From positions 107,892 to 118,343 of the forward strand of contig JAAOMT010000326.1 of the NCBI GenBank assembly GCA_016748015.1: a stretch of 10,452 nt of DNA, read 5' to 3'. Position numbers and translations under genes: made by a program. Source of the stretch: Geosiphon pyriformis uo1. Lineage: Eukaryota > Fungi > Glomeromycota. Each line of letters starts with the position of its first letter. The stretch's first letter is position 1. Below the pieces are notes generated by a model, which was not told where the DNA came from, ran no database searches, and was given only the letters and a program-made list of their open reading frames with translations. Shown here piece after piece: positions 8,428 to 10,452 of the stretch.

Positions 8428-8574
8428 TATTGTTCTGACTAGTCTGAGTGTTTGGTCACATGTAGCAAAGGCATGATTTGTGCCTAGTTTAGATCATTTG
8501 TATGATGTATAGCACTAGGTGGCATTTGGACTTTACTCATTAAACTTTAATAAAAAATAAAAATAAAAAAAAAA
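8428..8574 (+). other. LINE copy 1 3' UTR and A-rich tail
   Basis: Follows the ORF2 stop and aligns block-wise to the copy 2 UTR (GTCTGA, CACATGTAG, GCATGA, TAGTTT, ACTCATTAAA). It ends in AATAAAAAATAAAAATA10. Confidence 0.8.
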
Positions 8575-8947
8575 TTAATAAAATTAGTAACTAATTAATT
8601 TTAAAATATTAGTATATAAAAATAAGTTTCAAAGTAATAATTTAAAAAGTTTATGTTTTCAATATAAGTTTTATTTAAATTGATTTATAATAAAAATATT
8701 TTAGACTTAAGTAAAGATTAATTTTAACAAAAATACATTTTTATAAAAAAAAGCTTTTTTTATTATAATACTATTCTATAATTTAACATTTTTTTTGTAT
8801 TAATATTTTGGTGAACTAAAAATATATTTTGTCAAACAACAAATTATTTCTGTAAATTATAAATTATTTTAATAAACTGTTAAATATTTTGTTAAATTAT
8901 TAAATATTTTAGTAAATTTTTAATGTTATATAATTTAATATATTATA
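8575..8947. other. AT-rich spacer between the two LINE tails
   Basis: No ORF. Composition is like 1-731, consistent with being the other half of the pre-insertion target region. Confidence 0.55.
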
Positions 8948-10036
8948 TTTATTATTAACACATTTAATGAGTGTAGCCCAATTGCTATTTAGTACATAGA
9001 ACCAAACTAAGAGGCTCAAACTAAACGCGACTCATGCACTTTCTACATGTGGCTAGCCATTCAGACCAAACAAGGCAACACTACACACCTATAATTACTT
9101 GCACACTGCCACCCAGATCAGAAAAGAAACAATAAGGCTTCCGACAACCAAAGCTGATAGCAAAGAAATTGGCCATACCAAGCAATCTCACAACACCATC
9201 AGACAAAACCGAAGACACTCCACAAGGGAGCCCAGAAACAACACCAACATCACAGACCAGACCAGCCTTCTCCATCACCACCTGGTGGCTGGCCCTAGCC
9301 AACCATACTTTAGCACGATGTAACCCAACAATGAATTTGACATAATCAACAATCCGAGCAGCGGCCACCTTTCTATCTTCAAAAATACTGCAAGCCTCCT
9401 CATACTACTCCTCCAGCACAAACCCTTTGCACACCAAAGTGTATAGCCCGACATCAATGGAACATTGAGACAACACTTGCAACACGGCAGAAGCAGGGGA
9501 ACCACCAGCCAAAGCTGACCAACGGGCAGAAGCCTCCGCCAAAATCTCACCACAAATGCCAGACTCATGAACACAAGTAAAAGCATGGTCAGAGAACTCC
9601 ACCTCACCACAAAACAAACACAATACACTAGGGTAGCACTTATTATACAACCTCTTCCTTACCGCCACCGGCAATCTCCTGTGCACAGCCTTCATAACAT
9701 AAGTGCGAAGTGTTAAGGATGCGCGGCTAGTGAACCCAGCAAGCATATGAGAATCAGGATGCCACACTTTTGCCATAACAACCCAGTCTATGCAACCAAT
9801 TATTGTATCCGGGACCACATCACAACCAGGCCCAGCTTCCCAACGAGCACGACAAATCAATTGAAAAATATTCCTGACAAAATGACGGGCATTACCAGAA
9901 ACAGTGACACCCTCAGCAACCAAAAAATGTTCACGCACATTGGCACAAAGGGAAAAAGGAGACCCAGAGGCAGCCCCTGCAGCCAAGTCAGCTTTCACAT
10001 TACCAGAAATCCCAGAGTGTCCTTTCATCTTAACCA
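8948..10036 (-). mobile_element. 5'-truncated LINE, copy 2 (related but distinct subfamily)
   Basis: Encodes the end of RNase H (KMKGHSGISGNVKAD), WHPDSHM, MKAVHRRLPVAVRKRLY, the CCHC finger and a C-terminus colinear with copy 1 (7471-8427). A homologous 3' UTR (9080-8963) and a short AATAATAAA tail follow. No TSD found. Confidence 0.92.
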
Positions 10037-10037
10037 A
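9081..10037 (-). pseudogene. C-terminal fragment of LINE ORF2 (RNase H end + CCHC), one internal stop
   Basis: Track ORFs 9405..10037 and 9081..9368 are one frame, interrupted by TAG at 9407-9405 (EE*YEE, where copy 1 has NDWYYE). Confidence 0.92.
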
Positions 10038-10452
10038 GATGCTTTAAAGGAATTAATACTTCCAACCTACCTGTAATTTACAAATTCAATTCCAAAGCAT
10101 GGATGCACTTAAATATATAAAAAGCATAGCTTAAATAAATGAAGGCTTTTGAATTCAAAATTAGCATATATTATTTTTGGTTAATAATACAACTTCTCTT
10201 CATACTTAAATTGAAAAGATTCATTTCAATTAACCAATATTATTTTGCACTATTTTTTTCTAAATACAGCATTATATTTTCAATTAATGGATGCTGGCAT
10301 TATTAAATCTTTCAAAAACGAATATAAATGTTTATATTGTCAATATATTTTACATCAATTTGAACAAAAAATTAATATTGAACAGTTAAGTAATATAATA
10401 TATAGTTTTATCTAATATTAATTTATTTTTTAGAAATAAATTAAACATAAAA
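10034..10452 (+). pseudogene. Decayed pogo/Tigger/CENP-B-like DDE_1 transposase fragment (continues past the window end)
   Basis: Hand translation across three frames gives PRCFKGINTSNLPVIYKFNSKAWM (10034-10105), then NEGF*IQN*HILFLVNNTTSLH, then FQLTNIILHYFFLNTALYFQLMDAGIIKSFKNEYK (to about 10328). These match the pogo motifs PRxF..LPVxY..NxKAWM, LLxDN..H and PPNTT..QPxD.GII..FK..Y. Confidence 0.85.

Larger units (their letters stand above)
732..8574 (+). mobile_element. Apparently full-length, inactivated non-LTR retrotransposon (LINE; ORF1 + APE-RT-RNaseH-CCHC ORF2), copy 1
   Basis: Two tandem ORFs with LINE motifs, a 3' UTR of about 120 nt and an A-rich tail (8549-8574). The 5' end is inferred from the end of the A-run at 731. 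The same 16-mer A5TA10 lies at 716-731 and 8559-8574 (candidate TSD, low complexity). Boundaries are approximate. Confidence 0.9.

Overview
Eukaryotic, very AT-rich, transposon-filled window with no intact gene. The main element is an apparently full-length but dead non-LTR retrotransposon (LINE, about 732-8574, +). Its ORF1 (867-3742) has a basic N-terminus, RRM-like segments, a CCHC knuckle and C-terminal heptads. Its ORF2 (3739-8427; APE endonuclease, RT, RNase H, CCHC) stays in one frame for 1563 codons but has 15 internal stops and no frameshift. ORF1 is split by a 1073-bp TGTTAC...GTAACA insertion with an imperfect 4-bp TSD, read as a solo LTR, probably antisense. That insertion contains a 10-bp-phased repeat array and has splice-like signals at both ends. 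A second, related, 5'-truncated LINE (about 8948-10036, -) sits tail-to-tail with the first and shares a structured-looking 3' UTR. It is fused by microhomology to a decayed pogo/Tigger-type DDE_1 transposase (10034-end, +) that the ORF track misses. From memory the LINE peptides resemble the degenerate LINE proteins of Glomeromycotina fungi (Geosiphon-like), which is recall and not a search result. The most notable biology is a transition-dominated (C>T/G>A), indel-poor decay pattern that includes non-CpG contexts. I found no clearly novel multi-gene system.
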